Assembly: GCA_002506825.1 (NCBI GenBank)
Contig: DAYH01000023.1
Span: 92,905-156,904, forward strand
From: Euryarchaeota archaeon UBA103
GTDB taxonomy: Archaea > Thermoplasmatota > Poseidoniia > Poseidoniales > Thalassarchaeaceae
Reading direction: 5' to 3'
DNA length: 64,000 nucleotides
In this document: positions 42,901 to 52,427 of the stretch, piece after piece
How the letters are laid out: each line of letters starts with the position of its first letter
How positions within the stretch are numbered: position 1 is the first letter of the stretch
Made by a program: the position numbers and the translations under genes
Notes under the pieces: generated by a model
The model's database searches: none
What the model was told of the DNA's origin: nothing
What the model saw: the letters and a program-made list of their open reading frames with translations, nothing else

Positions 42901-44775
42901 GCGACTTTGGAGATTAGAAATGATGTTGGATGGGAGACAATTTCCTCTTCTCCCGTACCCCTAGTGATAGGCCAGGGGGCATCCCAGATTTCATTCGCAC
43001 ATGTGGAAAGCTCCACTGGCCCTGTACATATCAGAGTGAGTCTTTCGGGCGAATCCATGTCTGATCTAGACTGGAGTAACAATATTGTTGAGTCTACAAT
43101 TCTAGTCGATGAGACTACATTAACCGGCCCCAGAACTACTAATTTCCCTACTGGAGAGGAGCCAGTAGAGATAATCCATCTGAGCGAAGAAGGAGGAGTA
43201 GTGATAACCAGCAGAGGAGATGAATTAGGACTTTATCGACTTGGTAGTAATAGGGCCATAACCGCCTGCTCTAATATTTTAGAGGAAAAATGGTCTGGCG
43301 ATATTGTTGCAGAGGCGTCTAATGATGGCCTCGCACATGTTGTTTGGACTCGTAGATATCTGGATAATGACGGTTTCTTTCAACAGACTGTGAGCTACAC
43401 TACAATTGACTCCAGTTGTCTAATGTCGCCAATTCAAGACCTGATGGAACCAATCTCTCTTTCTGAAGGAAAATACTGGGGAATTGGAATGGATATTAAG
43501 CAGTCGGAGATCCTGGTGGCTGGATATCATCATCAGTTGGCTTCGGGATCATCCAGCCAAAATAATGCTATTTTCTTGGTTGCGTCTGAGTCCCCGACTA
43601 AATCATCCGATTGGTTCGTTAACCCGCAACTGGTAGGTGACCTAGACGTCACACCGGGAAAGACCGATCCAGTTGCCGTGGCCATGGGAGACGAAGATGG
43701 ACACATTCTATATCAAGACACGAGAAACGACACGACGGGTATCGACAGACTGGGACTCTGGTATGCTCATGGACTTCCAGATCAGGCCTCTTGGTCGTTC
43801 AGGAAGGCAGTGGGCGATCACTCATTCATGCCCTTGATTTCGATTTCAGAGATAGAGGGCGAGGATGTGATCGTAGCGGCTTGGGGCGAAGGCTCCGATC
43901 AGGCATCAGAATTAGTTGTCACAATAGTGGATTCATCATTCTCCCCGACAGGTGATGGAGAAGTGAGGACTTCTGCTAGGGGGCTTGGCTACATTGGACT
44001 CTTAGATACGGATAGAGGAGTGCAGATTCTATTCGACTTCATTGGCCCGAGTGGACCTCAGATACAATATGGAATGGCTAATTCAGAAGATGGGTGGATT
44101 GGAATTTCAGATAGGCTGGGCATTGGTAGGATCGTAGTAGCTAGCAGATCTCCAATAGACAGTGACGCGACTATTCTACAGACATCTCCAACTGGATGGC
44201 AAATTAGGGCATTGGTTGATGATTCTTCCCCTATGAAATCTGAGGGAAATATTCTGGATCAGGTTAGGGCTTACCTTGGCCTAGATGAAAGAAATTTCAA
44301 TGTAATTCTAGTGGGCATCTCAGGAGTAACAATAGTACTCTGCTTAGTAGTTATTTTGACTATGTCCACTAGGGCAATAAGATGGGCAAGTGGAAGGACA
44401 GCGAAGAAAATTTCGGGAGTCGTGATTCTTGAGGAAGATGTAGTTGATGTAATTGTTGAGTCGGATATCTCAGTTAGTTCTTCCGAAGTGGAATTGGTAG
44501 AAGAGTCTGGAACGGATTCCCAAAATGCTTCCGATAGGAGGAGGAGAAGGGAATATAGATCTAGCAATTCGACTCAATCACTTCCAGAACTAGATAGATC
44601 TGACGAATTTATTCTCCCAATACCAAAGCATTCCGCCCCCTTGCCTCTTCCAGCCCCACTCAATGGTGCAAATATCGGAGTGAGTTGTCACTCTTGCGGC
44701 TCTATTTTCGAGATAGAGCTAGGATTGAAGAAATTCAGTTGTCCTGTCTGTGGGGAGAAAATTAAGCTTGGATAA
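39958..44775 (+). CDS. Giant (1605 aa) membrane-anchored subtilisin (S8) protease with two CARDB domains, a propeller-like region, a TM helix and a cytoplasmic zinc-ribbon tail
   Basis: Catalytic triad motifs: VVIAIADTGVD (D250), HGTHVAGIA (H309) and SGTSMSTPAVAG (S520). The CARDB-like domains span 42427..43110. The TM helix is NVILVGISGVTIVLCLVVILTM. The tail ends CHSCGSIFEIELGLKKFSCPVCGEKIKLG. Confidence 0.9.
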   Translation: MGLYRANMWLSKRAMGKRASSATPIIVALMVLMLDVSVGVSGSEWEINSSDAQMENVDSEAIIDIPPLMCESGECPLKDRSPHLPPNGVDWPVQEPGWWFNFWNDKDANGMDDRLQWIISGDRESVSTSAVMGDDGRMTVAIFVCYSWHPGDDDISDLKEVLSKYGWEEYGTYFRAVDILDTLIVEHVPVSALIEILMLDGVVLVEQQDVLVPYLNTATKGSKVRTSDVFSETMMDYGYDGSGVVIAIADTGVDNEHFSLDDFSDQNSDNGAEPDELPDPKWVAGCDSTSWNQQDCDDGGDDPDDGDGHGTHVAGIALGTGGDERENQGYAPGAYLVDIKVMTDAGASNSGYTVAGINWAVQNVDTDWGNNDSSRGIDILSMSFGSGSSPAGEDPGDNGTSQDSLAVNAASEAGIVCVAAIGNDGYRRVTSVGAADSAITVGSIDDKASIERGDDSIASYSNSGPREDDGDDNQWDELKPDVVGPGSNIMSAQHAASSSQLPGSAKPLASDNYVQKSGTSMSTPAVAGFIAAMLQMDEDLTPQEVKDILRNNSETRGASSAPDISERWNDQYGFGIIDGEMVMQAILGDTGGGDGDGNGTDPPPTGTEEWVIIETPEEDAWLVEGETYSVRGHIDEDADTNGTIEEVNVSISYRYKPDEGPRQTEILVDWHIVQGTMNWSTPFSIPEFTEDEIDIEEIIIKAKARNEFNVWSEMEQSEHPVGLLEVTLGGPSGQSPVSGNTNIFGGWESVNGANIQWRLGTENWETSQQFGGTGSAAGDWSVNWDTTSVNDGFYRISVRVVSGDGIFSDEVRRTVEVDNDPPAPDLIFRSGISVSEYGLPVSETFINTFLEVSCEVRNDGDLDASEVTIYLKENGARKDEITIPSIGSGDIVDVILYWNPLSLGDRTLSISLDPSNEIEEIDEEDNEQSVEFPVLQRPQGVDLAFRDGAVRTEPPVPRPNEQFLITARVDNLGSSDATNLEATLEIRNDVGWETISSSPVPLVIGQGASQISFAHVESSTGPVHIRVSLSGESMSDLDWSNNIVESTILVDETTLTGPRTTNFPTGEEPVEIIHLSEEGGVVITSRGDELGLYRLGSNRAITACSNILEEKWSGDIVAEASNDGLAHVVWTRRYLDNDGFFQQTVSYTTIDSSCLMSPIQDLMEPISLSEGKYWGIGMDIKQSEILVAGYHHQLASGSSSQNNAIFLVASESPTKSSDWFVNPQLVGDLDVTPGKTDPVAVAMGDEDGHILYQDTRNDTTGIDRLGLWYAHGLPDQASWSFRKAVGDHSFMPLISISEIEGEDVIVAAWGEGSDQASELVVTIVDSSFSPTGDGEVRTSARGLGYIGLLDTDRGVQILFDFIGPSGPQIQYGMANSEDGWIGISDRLGIGRIVVASRSPIDSDATILQTSPTGWQIRALVDDSSPMKSEGNILDQVRAYLGLDERNFNVILVGISGVTIVLCLVVILTMSTRAIRWASGRTAKKISGVVILEEDVVDVIVESDISVSSSEVELVEESGTDSQNASDRRRRREYRSSNSTQSLPELDRSDEFILPIPKHSAPLPLPAPLNGANIGVSCHSCGSIFEIELGLKKFSCPVCGEKIKLG

Positions 44776-44777
44776 AT

Positions 44778-45425
44778 ATGAGAAGAGTACTCCTTGCATC
44801 ACAATCCGAAAGGAGATTTTCATGGTTGAAAGAAAATTTAGAAGTAGAGGGCGTAGAGTTTTATGCGTCCGGCCTCATATCTCCTGAATCCAAGGCCCCT
44901 CAGGGATTTGAAGTGAGTGTGCAAGTAGAGAGAGTGTGCCAATCTAAGGCCGATAACGCACTAATAGAGCATAAGCTTTCTGAGAATCAAACGAAGAACC
45001 ATTATGACGCTATTTTGGTATCGGATACGATGATTGAGGATCCTGATGATCATAAATCATCTTTCGGCAAGCCAATTGATGACCTTGCAGCCACGAGTAT
45101 GCTGATTAGACTCGCTGGGAGAAAACACAGAGTTTGGACGTCGACCTCTATACTACTTCCTCCTGAATCGGACGAAATGAGAGGAAATATTACAAAATGG
45201 AATATCTCAAATTACACCAGTTATGCCACTGTTGAATTCTCAAACCTGGGAGTGGATGAGATTTACGAGCTGATTTCATCGGAATCATGGAAGGGGAAGG
45301 CAGGGGGGTATGATTTGGCTGGCATGGCAGGGAAATTCTGCCGCGTGGTGGAAGGGGAAGATGTCACAGTGCTTGGATTGTCGACCCTAGCAATGGATAG
45401 ACTAGTGCAGATTCTTTCTAAATGA
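44778..45425 (+). CDS. maf: Maf-like nucleoside triphosphate pyrophosphatase
   Basis: VLLASQSERRFSWL at the N-terminus and GKAGGYDLAG...VLGLS near the C-terminus match the Maf signature. Confidence 0.7.
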   Translation: MRRVLLASQSERRFSWLKENLEVEGVEFYASGLISPESKAPQGFEVSVQVERVCQSKADNALIEHKLSENQTKNHYDAILVSDTMIEDPDDHKSSFGKPIDDLAATSMLIRLAGRKHRVWTSTSILLPPESDEMRGNITKWNISNYTSYATVEFSNLGVDEIYELISSESWKGKAGGYDLAGMAGKFCRVVEGEDVTVLGLSTLAMDRLVQILSK

Positions 45426-45903
45426 AAGTGACTTCCCCGAACTTCAATACAAACTCCTTCTGAATTTCATCAAACCATTCCAACATTGATGCCGAGAACC
45501 TAATCCTCCCAACTTCCTCATCCATCAGTAGATCGTCTTGTATCCCCTTCAATGTTCCAGGTGCCGCTCCACAGGACACACAAGCCCCGTCTAAGTCAAT
45601 AACTAGAGATAGTGCATTCCTATTTCCAGTTCCATCGGAGAGTTCCCAACTTGAGAGAATTAGGCCGCCTCCATGACCATCTAGAGCGGCTCTTACTGGC
45701 CCTAGTCTTGCCATTAATGCAGGGATAACATCTGGATGATTTGCTTCAATCAATGAAATTAGAGAGAGGGCCCTAAGTCTTCCCAACTCTTCTTCATCAT
45801 GATTTTCACTGATTCTTCTTTGTGCCTCGATTCTCATTTGATCTTCTATCTGAGACCCATATATTTTTACCAACTCCTCGTCGTCTGTCTTGACCGGTTC
45901 CAT
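45418..45903 (-). CDS. NifU/Nfu C-terminal-domain Fe-S scaffold-like protein
   Basis: DGHGGGLIL...LDGACVSCGAAPGTLKGIQDDL resembles the Nfu CxxC domain. The gene is divergent from sufCBD. Confidence 0.55.
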   Translation of the reverse strand: MEPVKTDDEELVKIYGSQIEDQMRIEAQRRISENHDEEELGRLRALSLISLIEANHPDVIPALMARLGPVRAALDGHGGGLILSSWELSDGTGNRNALSLVIDLDGACVSCGAAPGTLKGIQDDLLMDEEVGRIRFSASMLEWFDEIQKEFVLKFGEVTFI

Positions 45904-46006
45904 ACCGTAGGATTAGGGGCGCTCTTTAGAAATGTAACTAATTTGTGATGAAGTTATGCCACACACATTCAAAAGGCTGGAAGCGTACCAAGTTACGAGG
46001 AGTAGT

Positions 46007-46789
46007 ATGGCATCGGACGATAACCCCATTCTAGAAGTCAAAGGACTGAAGGTGGGGATAGAAGGTACATCGATACTGAAAGGCATAGATTTGATCATCC
46101 CAAAGGGCGAAATTCATGCGATAATGGGCAGGAATGGCAGTGGAAAAACAACTACTGCCAATGTCATAATGGGTCATCCAGCGTATGAAATTGAAGACGG
46201 AGAGATGTTTTTGGATGGGGAGAGTCTTCAAGACATGGAACCCTGGGAGAGATCTAGAGAAGGGGTTTTCTTATCTTTCCAGTACCCACAATCAGTACCT
46301 GGCTTACAAGTAGGAAATTTTCTCCGAAAGTCAGTTTCCAGTGTCAGGGGAGAGGAAGCGGCCAGAGGCTCAGAATTCAGAGAGAAGTTAACAAATGCCA
46401 TGGAAGAGCTAGATATTCCCAAATCATTCCTGTCTAGGTATGTCAATGATGGATTCAGTGGAGGGGAGAAAAAGAGGTTCGAAATCTTACAGCTAATGTT
46501 ATTACAACCTAGGTTGGCAGTCTTAGATGAGACTGATAGCGGATTGGATATTGATGGAATAAGAACTGTTTCTAAGGGAATAAACTCTGCAGTCAGAGGG
46601 ACTGAAAATGGAGCATTGATAATTACTCACTACTCCAGAATACTGGAACATGTCAATCCAGATCGTGTCCACATCATGATTGGTGGCAAGATAGTGGCTA
46701 GTGGAGGTCCGTCTCTGGCGAACTTGCTAGAAGATAATGGATATGATTGGCTTGAAGAGCAGGTTGAGAATGGAGTTGATTTCGAATGA
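46007..46789 (+). CDS. sufC: Fe-S cluster assembly ATPase SufC
   Basis: ILEVKGL, Walker [10 protein letters not shown], signature FSGGEKKR and Walker [13 protein letters not shown]. The start is taken at MASDDNP; the track ATG at 45956 is probably too far upstream. Confidence 0.9.
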   Translation: MASDDNPILEVKGLKVGIEGTSILKGIDLIIPKGEIHAIMGRNGSGKTTTANVIMGHPAYEIEDGEMFLDGESLQDMEPWERSREGVFLSFQYPQSVPGLQVGNFLRKSVSSVRGEEAARGSEFREKLTNAMEELDIPKSFLSRYVNDGFSGGEKKRFEILQLMLLQPRLAVLDETDSGLDIDGIRTVSKGINSAVRGTENGALIITHYSRILEHVNPDRVHIMIGGKIVASGGPSLANLLEDNGYDWLEEQVENGVDFE

Positions 46790-48198
46790 TTGGTGATAAT
46801 GAAGCCCGTGAGGCAGTAGGAGACTATAAAGCAGGATGGCATGATCCTGAAAACGCAACTATAAGATTTGATTTTGGTCTTTCAGAAAAGGTAGTTAGAG
46901 ATATTTCTGAGCTCAAGAATGAGCCTGAATGGATGACTGAGATAAGGGTAAAGGCATACAGGCACTTCATCGAAAGACCAATGCCTACTTGGGGCAATAC
47001 TAAGGAATTGATGGAAATTAATTTCGATAAAGTATGCTACTTTTTGAGGTCGTCTGATCAAACGGGTAGTTCTTGGGAGGATGTGCCAGATGATATCAGA
47101 AATACTTTCGATAGGCTAGGTATTCCTGAAGCTGAGCAGAAGTGGCTATCAGGAGTCACTGCGCAATATGAATCGGAGACAGTGTACCATAGCATAAGGG
47201 AAGACCTTGAGAAGCAAGGAGTGATTTTCTTAGATATGGATTCTGGACTTAGGGATCATGAGGAGGTTGTGAAAAAGTATTTCGGCAGTGTGATACCATA
47301 CAGCGACAACAAATTCTCCGCTCTGAACACAGCTGTATGGTCTGGAGGCTCTTTCATCTATGTCCCAAAGGGAGTACATGTCGAGATGCCCGTTCAGGCT
47401 TACTTTAGAATAAATGCCAAGAATATGGGCCAGTTCGAGAGGACCCTAATCATTGCCGATGAGGGAAGTAGTATCCACTATGTCGAAGGTTGTACGGCGC
47501 CTACCTATTCCACGGACTCTCTACACTCGGCTGTTGTCGAGCTCTTGGCCCTTCCAGGGGCCCACATTAGATACACTACTGTCCAGAATTGGAGTAACAA
47601 CGTATACAACTTGGTGACTAAGAGGGGGGTAGCTCATGAGAATGCTAAGATCGAGTGGGTAGATGGCAATATAGGAAGTAAATTGACTATGAAGTATCCT
47701 GCTGTAATCCTCAAAGGAGAGGGAGCACATGCAGAGGTGATTTCGGTAGCCTATGCGGGAAATGGGCAACATCAGGATGCAGGAGCCAAGGTACACCATA
47801 TGGCGTCAAATACCACTAGTAACATTCTTTCAAAGAGCATCAGTAAAGATGGAGGAAGAGGGTCCTACAGGGGGATGGCTAAGGTAATGCCCAAAGCAGA
47901 GAATTGTAGGTTGAACATTGTTTGTGACGCCCTAATTCTAGATGAAGAGAGCAGGCAGGATACCTATCCCACAATGGAGGTTGGAAACCCTACGGCTCAT
48001 TGCGAACATGAAGCTAGTGTCTCAAAGGTAGGAGATGAGCAACTTTTCTACTTGATGAGCAGGGGACATACTGAGGCCGAGGCACTTGGAATGATTGTTA
48101 ATGGATTCTTTGAGCCGTTCACCAGAGAGCTTCCAATGGAATATGCTGTCGAGCTGAATAAGCTTATGTCACTTGAAATGGAAGGAAGTATAGGTTGA
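46786..48198 (+). CDS. sufB: Fe-S cluster assembly protein SufB
   Basis: 470 aa with a SufB-typical C-terminal beta-helix ([42 protein letters not shown]). The gene overlaps sufC by 4 nt. Confidence 0.9.
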   Translation: MIGDNEAREAVGDYKAGWHDPENATIRFDFGLSEKVVRDISELKNEPEWMTEIRVKAYRHFIERPMPTWGNTKELMEINFDKVCYFLRSSDQTGSSWEDVPDDIRNTFDRLGIPEAEQKWLSGVTAQYESETVYHSIREDLEKQGVIFLDMDSGLRDHEEVVKKYFGSVIPYSDNKFSALNTAVWSGGSFIYVPKGVHVEMPVQAYFRINAKNMGQFERTLIIADEGSSIHYVEGCTAPTYSTDSLHSAVVELLALPGAHIRYTTVQNWSNNVYNLVTKRGVAHENAKIEWVDGNIGSKLTMKYPAVILKGEGAHAEVISVAYAGNGQHQDAGAKVHHMASNTTSNILSKSISKDGGRGSYRGMAKVMPKAENCRLNIVCDALILDEESRQDTYPTMEVGNPTAHCEHEASVSKVGDEQLFYLMSRGHTEAEALGMIVNGFFEPFTRELPMEYAVELNKLMSLEMEGSIG

Positions 48199-48205
48199 GT
48201 TCTTC

Positions 48206-49312
48206 ATGGATGCATCTTCACAGTACTTGTCCACTGATCGTCCCGATAGGGCTGACCACCTATGGAGATATACTCCTTGGAAAAGGATTCATCCCACAGG
48301 AAGAATTTCAGAAATTCCCAGCGAGTTTTCAACTCCTCTGATAACTCTGAAGACATTAGATGGAAGTGCTTTACCTTCCGGGATATCATTAACAAGTGGC
48401 GATACTGATTCCAATGAGCTTCCAATGGACGAAAAAATTACGAGGCGTTTCCTAGAGGCGGTTACAGAGGAATCTAAGTTCACTCTTACGGTTGCTCCTA
48501 GGTTTAAGTCAAGTGCCCCAATAATTATTGAGATTTCCACAGGTGGAATTTTCTGTTCGGCTCACATTTGTCTAGACATTGGCAAGCTTGCGGAATTGGA
48601 ATTAGTTACGGTTTTACGAGGAAATTGCGATTGGTTTGGGATGCTAAGAACTGGATCTACCGGAGAAGGGGCCATAACCAGCGATGTCGTAGTCAATAGA
48701 CTTGAAAATGGTAGACTTTTGAGAGTCGAATCTATTTCAATTCCGCGTGATTCACAATTTAAGGCTGGAACTGTTTCATCTGGCTCGACAATAACAAAGG
48801 CTGATCTAAGGTATCGGATGTTTCAACCTGGAGGAAATCTAAATGTTCTGGGGTCGATTCTCTCTGCGAGAGAAATGAGTCTCGATCATCATATTGAGAT
48901 ATATCATGACTCTCCAGAAACCTTCAGTCGCTTGGACTGGAACTCAGCATGTGGTGGTAGCAGTAGAACAGTGGGTACTGGGATGCTTCGTATTTCTAAA
49001 GGCTCGAATGGTGCTGATGCGGCTCAACTTTTTCAAAATCTTCTATTATCCAGGGATGCACAGGCTGATTCAATTCCTGAGTTGGAAGTATCTGAACATG
49101 ATGTAGTTGGGTGCGGACATGGAACTGCCAGCGGACCTGTTGACCAGGAACAGATGTTCTATCTTGAGTCGAGGGGAATGTCGCCCAATGAGTCGAAGAG
49201 TACTCTGATTGCAGCTTTTCTAAATTCGACACTCTCCGAAATGGGAGGGGAAACGATGCACAATTGGCTTGTATCTGAGTTGAATTCTGATCTTAATGAA
49301 CTAGGCGATTAG
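48206..49312 (+). CDS. sufD: Fe-S cluster assembly protein SufD
   Basis: SufBD-family C-terminus GCGHGTASGPVDQEQMFYLESRGMS, in the position after sufB. Confidence 0.8.
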   Translation: MDASSQYLSTDRPDRADHLWRYTPWKRIHPTGRISEIPSEFSTPLITLKTLDGSALPSGISLTSGDTDSNELPMDEKITRRFLEAVTEESKFTLTVAPRFKSSAPIIIEISTGGIFCSAHICLDIGKLAELELVTVLRGNCDWFGMLRTGSTGEGAITSDVVVNRLENGRLLRVESISIPRDSQFKAGTVSSGSTITKADLRYRMFQPGGNLNVLGSILSAREMSLDHHIEIYHDSPETFSRLDWNSACGGSSRTVGTGMLRISKGSNGADAAQLFQNLLLSRDAQADSIPELEVSEHDVVGCGHGTASGPVDQEQMFYLESRGMSPNESKSTLIAAFLNSTLSEMGGETMHNWLVSELNSDLNELGD

Positions 49313-50148
49313 GGAGTCCTATCTCTGAATGATGCTGCTAAAGCAGATATTAGTACTCCGCAGACTGATCCAAAAATAATTCCTTGTTCTTCCAATCCAT
49401 TACCTGCCAAATCTCTGAAAGCTAAAGACATGACCAATGTAACTGGAATGACGAACACTCCGAATCTGATGGCCCATAATCTAGGCGACGGGGACTCTCC
49501 CATGGGCCTCAATGTTATGGATGAGGATTTCTGAATAACTTGCCAATTTACTCTCTCTGCATCGATCTTCAATCTCTGTAGGATTGCAGGCCTAGAACCA
49601 TGATTGCTTTTTGTAACAGTGGGGTTCCCCGAAAATGCGGTCCTTATCTTGACTTTTCTGAGACCGTCTCTTCCCTTAATTAAGCGCTCAGCCAGTGCGG
49701 CGGCTAAAGGGGGTTCTAATTCCGCGATTTCCACCAGTAGGACCCCTCTATCCCTTCTGATCATATTTTTCACGTTCCAGATGATTCCATGTTCTTTGGC
49801 ACGCTCTTCTATAGGGGAAAGTATCGTACGAAGATATTCTGTCTCCACTTTTCTCTTTTCTTCCCTAGAATCTCCTTTGGAAGAAATTTCTCTAATTCTG
49901 TATAGCGCGAAAATTAGCAGTAGTACCGAAGTAGAGGATCCTGCTACAATTCCAGACCTAATGGAAAGTGAAATATCTGGATTATCAAGACCTGTTGCGA
50001 AGATAGAGATGAAGGCGGCCATAGTTCCGACCATAGCTCCTGCAACTAATGAAATAGAGAAGGCATCTCTAGTGGTGATATCAGTCACGACCTCCGTAAG
50101 TAGCGCCAGTTCAAGAGTTAGAGGGTATGAGATACATTGATTTGTCAT
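49309..50148 (-). CDS. Hypothetical membrane protein (TM helices flanking a charged soluble middle domain)
   Basis: 279-aa ORF with plausible TM segments. The 178-aa ORF on the opposite strand is Ser-rich and looks like an antisense artefact. I recognise no family. Confidence 0.45.
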   Translation of the reverse strand: MTNQCISYPLTLELALLTEVVTDITTRDAFSISLVAGAMVGTMAAFISIFATGLDNPDISLSIRSGIVAGSSTSVLLLIFALYRIREISSKGDSREEKRKVETEYLRTILSPIEERAKEHGIIWNVKNMIRRDRGVLLVEIAELEPPLAAALAERLIKGRDGLRKVKIRTAFSGNPTVTKSNHGSRPAILQRLKIDAERVNWQVIQKSSSITLRPMGESPSPRLWAIRFGVFVIPVTLVMSLAFRDLAGNGLEEQGIIFGSVCGVLISALAASFRDRTP

Positions 50149-50165
50149 GAATAATTGGCAACAAC

Positions 50166-51077
50166 ATGTGTATCTTTTGCAGTCATAGGGAGATTGCTAG
50201 CATCCAAGTTGAGGACTCCCCCACTATTCTAATTGCTGGTTCAATTGTTGTTACTGCATGTACCATTTACAATAGAAGAGTAAAGAGTGAGGGGCCTGAG
50301 AATGAGAAGTCGGAGAATGGCGAGTCTGATTCTGTCAAGCTGAAGAATGGGAGGAGTGATAGAAAAAGAGAGCTTCGAGTTTCTGGCATCTTGTGTTCTA
50401 TCTCTGGATTCTTACTATTGATGTTCTTTGTGTCTCCACTTATGTTGGCTGAAGGAAGCGTTCCAGAGCTATCTGGCAGAGCCAACGCGATTGACTACAT
50501 GGATGGAGGGAGCTGGGGGAATAATAATCACGATGAGGAAGGGGATTTAGGTCATAATCAGTCAGCTCATGGTGGATCATTCGCTTGGTCTGAATTGAAT
50601 CCAGTGTTTGGTTTTGTGTATGCCTTTGGCGATATTAACTGCCATCAGAAACATGATCGCTCATGGTCGATAAATGAGAATCAGATGCCAGTTTGTGCCA
50701 GAGATGTGGGAATATTCATGGGATTCTTCATGGGATCATTATTCTTCAGATTACGGGGCCTCAATAGATGGACGGTTAGGGATTCTTTCCTTTCTGTTTT
50801 TGATGATGACTCAATAAAATCTGTCTATCTTAATGACGGGCGTATGAGACTAATGTTACTATTTTTGGCACTGGGCATTGTACCTATGGCGATTGACGGA
50901 TTTACTCAATTACTAACTCAATATGAATCTACCAATATGGTCAGAGTAATCACCGGTTTCATGGCTGGTTTTGTCATAGGTTGGTTTACCAGCTCAGCCC
51001 TATCATCCAGGCCAGAGTTATTTGATTCCGCTTCCTCTGTCGTACTGCCTGCTGGTTCGAAATTGATTTTAAAATAA
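50166..51077 (+). CDS. DUF2085-family membrane protein with an N-terminal extension
   Basis: The FGDINCHQKHDRSW...MPVCARDVGIFMGFF motif is characteristic of DUF2085, and there are several TM helices. Confidence 0.55.
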   Translation: MCIFCSHREIASIQVEDSPTILIAGSIVVTACTIYNRRVKSEGPENEKSENGESDSVKLKNGRSDRKRELRVSGILCSISGFLLLMFFVSPLMLAEGSVPELSGRANAIDYMDGGSWGNNNHDEEGDLGHNQSAHGGSFAWSELNPVFGFVYAFGDINCHQKHDRSWSINENQMPVCARDVGIFMGFFMGSLFFRLRGLNRWTVRDSFLSVFDDDSIKSVYLNDGRMRLMLLFLALGIVPMAIDGFTQLLTQYESTNMVRVITGFMAGFVIGWFTSSALSSRPELFDSASSVVLPAGSKLILK

Positions 51078-52424
51078 TCAGATAGATTTCATAGTCCACC
51101 ATGAGATAAGATCATCTTCATCCTTGGGCAAGGGGAACGAGCCTCTTCCAGGGCCAAGTATAGCTATCCTTTCTAACGTAGATTTTACCGCCGAAGGATA
51201 TTTTCCAGATCTGATTATTTGTCCCATTGCGAATCGGATGTGAGTATCAGGATTTTTCTTCATCCATTTCATAATAATATCCCTGAGGGGCCATATTGCG
51301 ATTGCTAGACGACCGAATGGTCGGGATTCATCATTCATCTGTGAACGTGGTGCCTCCCTTCCGATTAGAGCCCTGTGCTGATGTATACAGCCCAATTTTT
51401 CATTTAGATACCTCACAATTGTCTGCGTATGCCTCTCAGAAACAGATCTTACTGGTCCCAACGACTTCCTAAGTTCCCTGATATTTGCTGTTCTCATAAG
51501 GGACAATGTTCCACAGATTGAGGAGAAAGAGTGCGATAGAACTCTCTTTGGGACATCTGATCTCTCTCCTTCTAATAATTCACCGAGGACATCTGAATGA
51601 GATTTTTGAAAATTCTTGAGGACCCTCCAGGGAGAGTTCCCATCTAGCCATTCTTGTTCTCCAATTGCAGGTTTTACACCTAGTCCCTGTAGTGTAGACT
51701 GGCCCCTTGAAGATATTATTAGTTCGCTGACTAGATTCCTATCTACCACTTCAGATAAAACATTCACAGGTTCGGGACGGGAATGCATGAAGTTTCTAAT
51801 CAGAGATTTGAGCTTCATTTTGAAATCGTCTTCTGAACCTTCGTTAAGAACAGGGCCTATGATGGCCCCCATATCGAAAGGGGTTGGCATCTCAATATTT
51901 CCAGATAGTAACTCACGGTAGCCCTGTCTTATCATGATCTGAAGTTCACTAGTCTCGAAATATTCCTCTTTATCGGAATGGGCTCTCAGTGTTCCGCTCT
52001 TTATCCTATCCAAGGCGACACTTGGATCGCAATCAACCCAAATACAGAGATCTGGCACTAAGGCTGCTGAATTCATATGCGCCACTCTTTCTATCCCTAG
52101 TTTCCCTACTATTCCCTGATATACCAATGATGAGTGTATGTTCCTCTCACTTACTACCCCAATTCCAGATTCTAATCTTGGAAGTATCCAACCATGCGAG
52201 TGATCGACCCTATCCGCCGCGAATAGGCCCGCTTCTCTCTCAGGACTTGTTGTTTTCTTTCTGACGGAGTCAATTGCCAGCCGACCTAGAGGATGGTCTC
52301 TTCTGGGCTCTCCGGTTACACTGACCGATACGAAGGGAAACTCCTTCCTCATTACCTCAGATACTACCTTCGTTGCTAGGCCTTTGCCACTGCCATCGCC
52401 CCCCTCAATAGTAATCAGGTACAT
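51078..52424 (-). CDS. tmk: Thymidylate kinase fused to a ~245-aa C-terminal domain of unknown function
   Basis: aa 1-200 carry the P-loop ITIEGGDGSGKG, LFAADRVDH, SERNIHSSLVYQG and PDLCIWVDC. I recognise no family for aa 205-448. Confidence 0.75.
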   Translation of the reverse strand: MYLITIEGGDGSGKGLATKVVSEVMRKEFPFVSVSVTGEPRRDHPLGRLAIDSVRKKTTSPEREAGLFAADRVDHSHGWILPRLESGIGVVSERNIHSSLVYQGIVGKLGIERVAHMNSAALVPDLCIWVDCDPSVALDRIKSGTLRAHSDKEEYFETSELQIMIRQGYRELLSGNIEMPTPFDMGAIIGPVLNEGSEDDFKMKLKSLIRNFMHSRPEPVNVLSEVVDRNLVSELIISSRGQSTLQGLGVKPAIGEQEWLDGNSPWRVLKNFQKSHSDVLGELLEGERSDVPKRVLSHSFSSICGTLSLMRTANIRELRKSLGPVRSVSERHTQTIVRYLNEKLGCIHQHRALIGREAPRSQMNDESRPFGRLAIAIWPLRDIIMKWMKKNPDTHIRFAMGQIIRSGKYPSAVKSTLERIAILGPGRGSFPLPKDEDDLISWWTMKSI

Positions 52425-52427
52425 TGC

